A stretch of DNA of 64,000 nucleotides from Chara braunii (taxonomy: Eukaryota; Plantae; Charophyceae), in assembly GCA_003427395.1 (NCBI GenBank), contig BFEA01000045.1, forward strand, positions 1,811,522-1,875,521, in the 5' to 3' direction. The notes beneath the pieces were generated by a model that was not told the DNA's origin, made no database searches, and worked only from the letters and a program-made list of their open reading frames with translations. Positions 63,107 through 64,000 of the stretch are shown one piece after another (position 1 is the first letter of the stretch; each line of letters opens with the position of its first letter). The position numbers were made by a program, and so were the translations under genes.

Positions 63107-64000
63107 AGAAAAATCACACAGAATACTAGAATAAGCAAGAAACAGAGTTGCGATTTATTACGAAGTGAAGAAATAGAGAGAAAGTGAAGAGAGTTCAAGC
63201 ATGAAAACACAAAGTGGAAAGTGACGATTTATATTGGAGTGAAGGAATTGACAAAACATGGGAGAAAATTCACATAGAATACTAGAATAAGCAAGAAACA
63301 AAGTTGCAATTTATTACGAAGTGAAGAAATGAAGAGAAAGTGAAGAGAGAGTGAGTGAAACTCAATGCATGCATGAAAACACAAAGTGGAAAGTGGCGAT
63401 TTACTACGGAGTGAAGAAAGAGCCCATGGGAAGACCATCACTAGTGAAAAAGCCTCCAACTATCTATATTGAGCTTTGGAAAGCATCCATGGAGGGAGAA
63501 GACGAGGAAAAAAAAGAATGTGGATTACAGAACATGGTGAAGTAGGAGAAGAAGAGGCAGGGGAGGGAGAAGAAGAAGAAGAGGAAGGAGAAGAAGAAAG
63601 ACGAAGAAGAGGAAGAGGAAGAGGAAGAAGAAGAAGAAGAAGAAGAAGAAGAAAAAGAAAACGAAGAAAAAAAAAAAAAAGTTCCTTCTTCTTTCCACTC
63701 ACCTCCTCTAGTATCCTGGAGTTGAAGTACCAATATTGGTGATGCTTCTCCTTACTTGGCTATGAGAGATGGTTAACGGGTGCCTATATTTTCAGGTCTC
63801 CTTTCCAGGCAGTTCAACCACTTTAGGTTACTACACCACTTCCAAATTGAGTGTGGATCTATACATGGAGTTGTGTGAAACCGCCTTCAGGTAGTTTAGC
63901 CACTTCAGGTTGATACACCACTTTCAGATTGCCTACAGATCCATTGCAAATGGTGGGATGGGGGTACCTGAAACCCCTTTCAGAAGCTTCAGCCACTTCA

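Overview
This is repeat-dominated eukaryotic DNA with assembly gaps and CA/AG/TTA/GAA microsatellites. The style resembles a large-genome streptophyte alga such as Chara (inference, not verified). I recognise no intact host gene. Main contents: (1) 5-16 kb, minus strand: rearranged Ty3/Gypsy LTR-retrotransposon pieces (accessory ORFs, gag-protease, PPT, long LTR/leader, integrase). (2) 18.5 kb: a decayed 18S rRNA fragment and exon-like pieces. (3) 23.4-39.7 kb, plus strand: a ~16 kb degenerate Gypsy element with complex organisation: hairpin-repeat array, conserved structured RNA, duplicated accessory ORFs each behind a splice acceptor, an HIV-type -1 frameshift site between protease and RT, and a second Gag-like ORF after integrase. 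(4) 39.7-57.6 kb: a GC-rich insertion starting with CACTG. It carries an F-box-like ORF and a large pseudogene combining a ParB/Srx-like domain with a degenerate beta-class DNA amino-methyltransferase-like domain, and is marked by ~30 copies of a 22-bp palindrome (AAGTTCG-GATCCCGG-CGAACTT). (5) 57.8-63.1 kb: satellites, a MITE and a long hairpin. The best novelty candidates are the ParB-MTase/palindrome system and a ~350-nt covarying RNA structure shared by two divergent retroelements. All domain calls come from motif recognition by eye; no searches were run.
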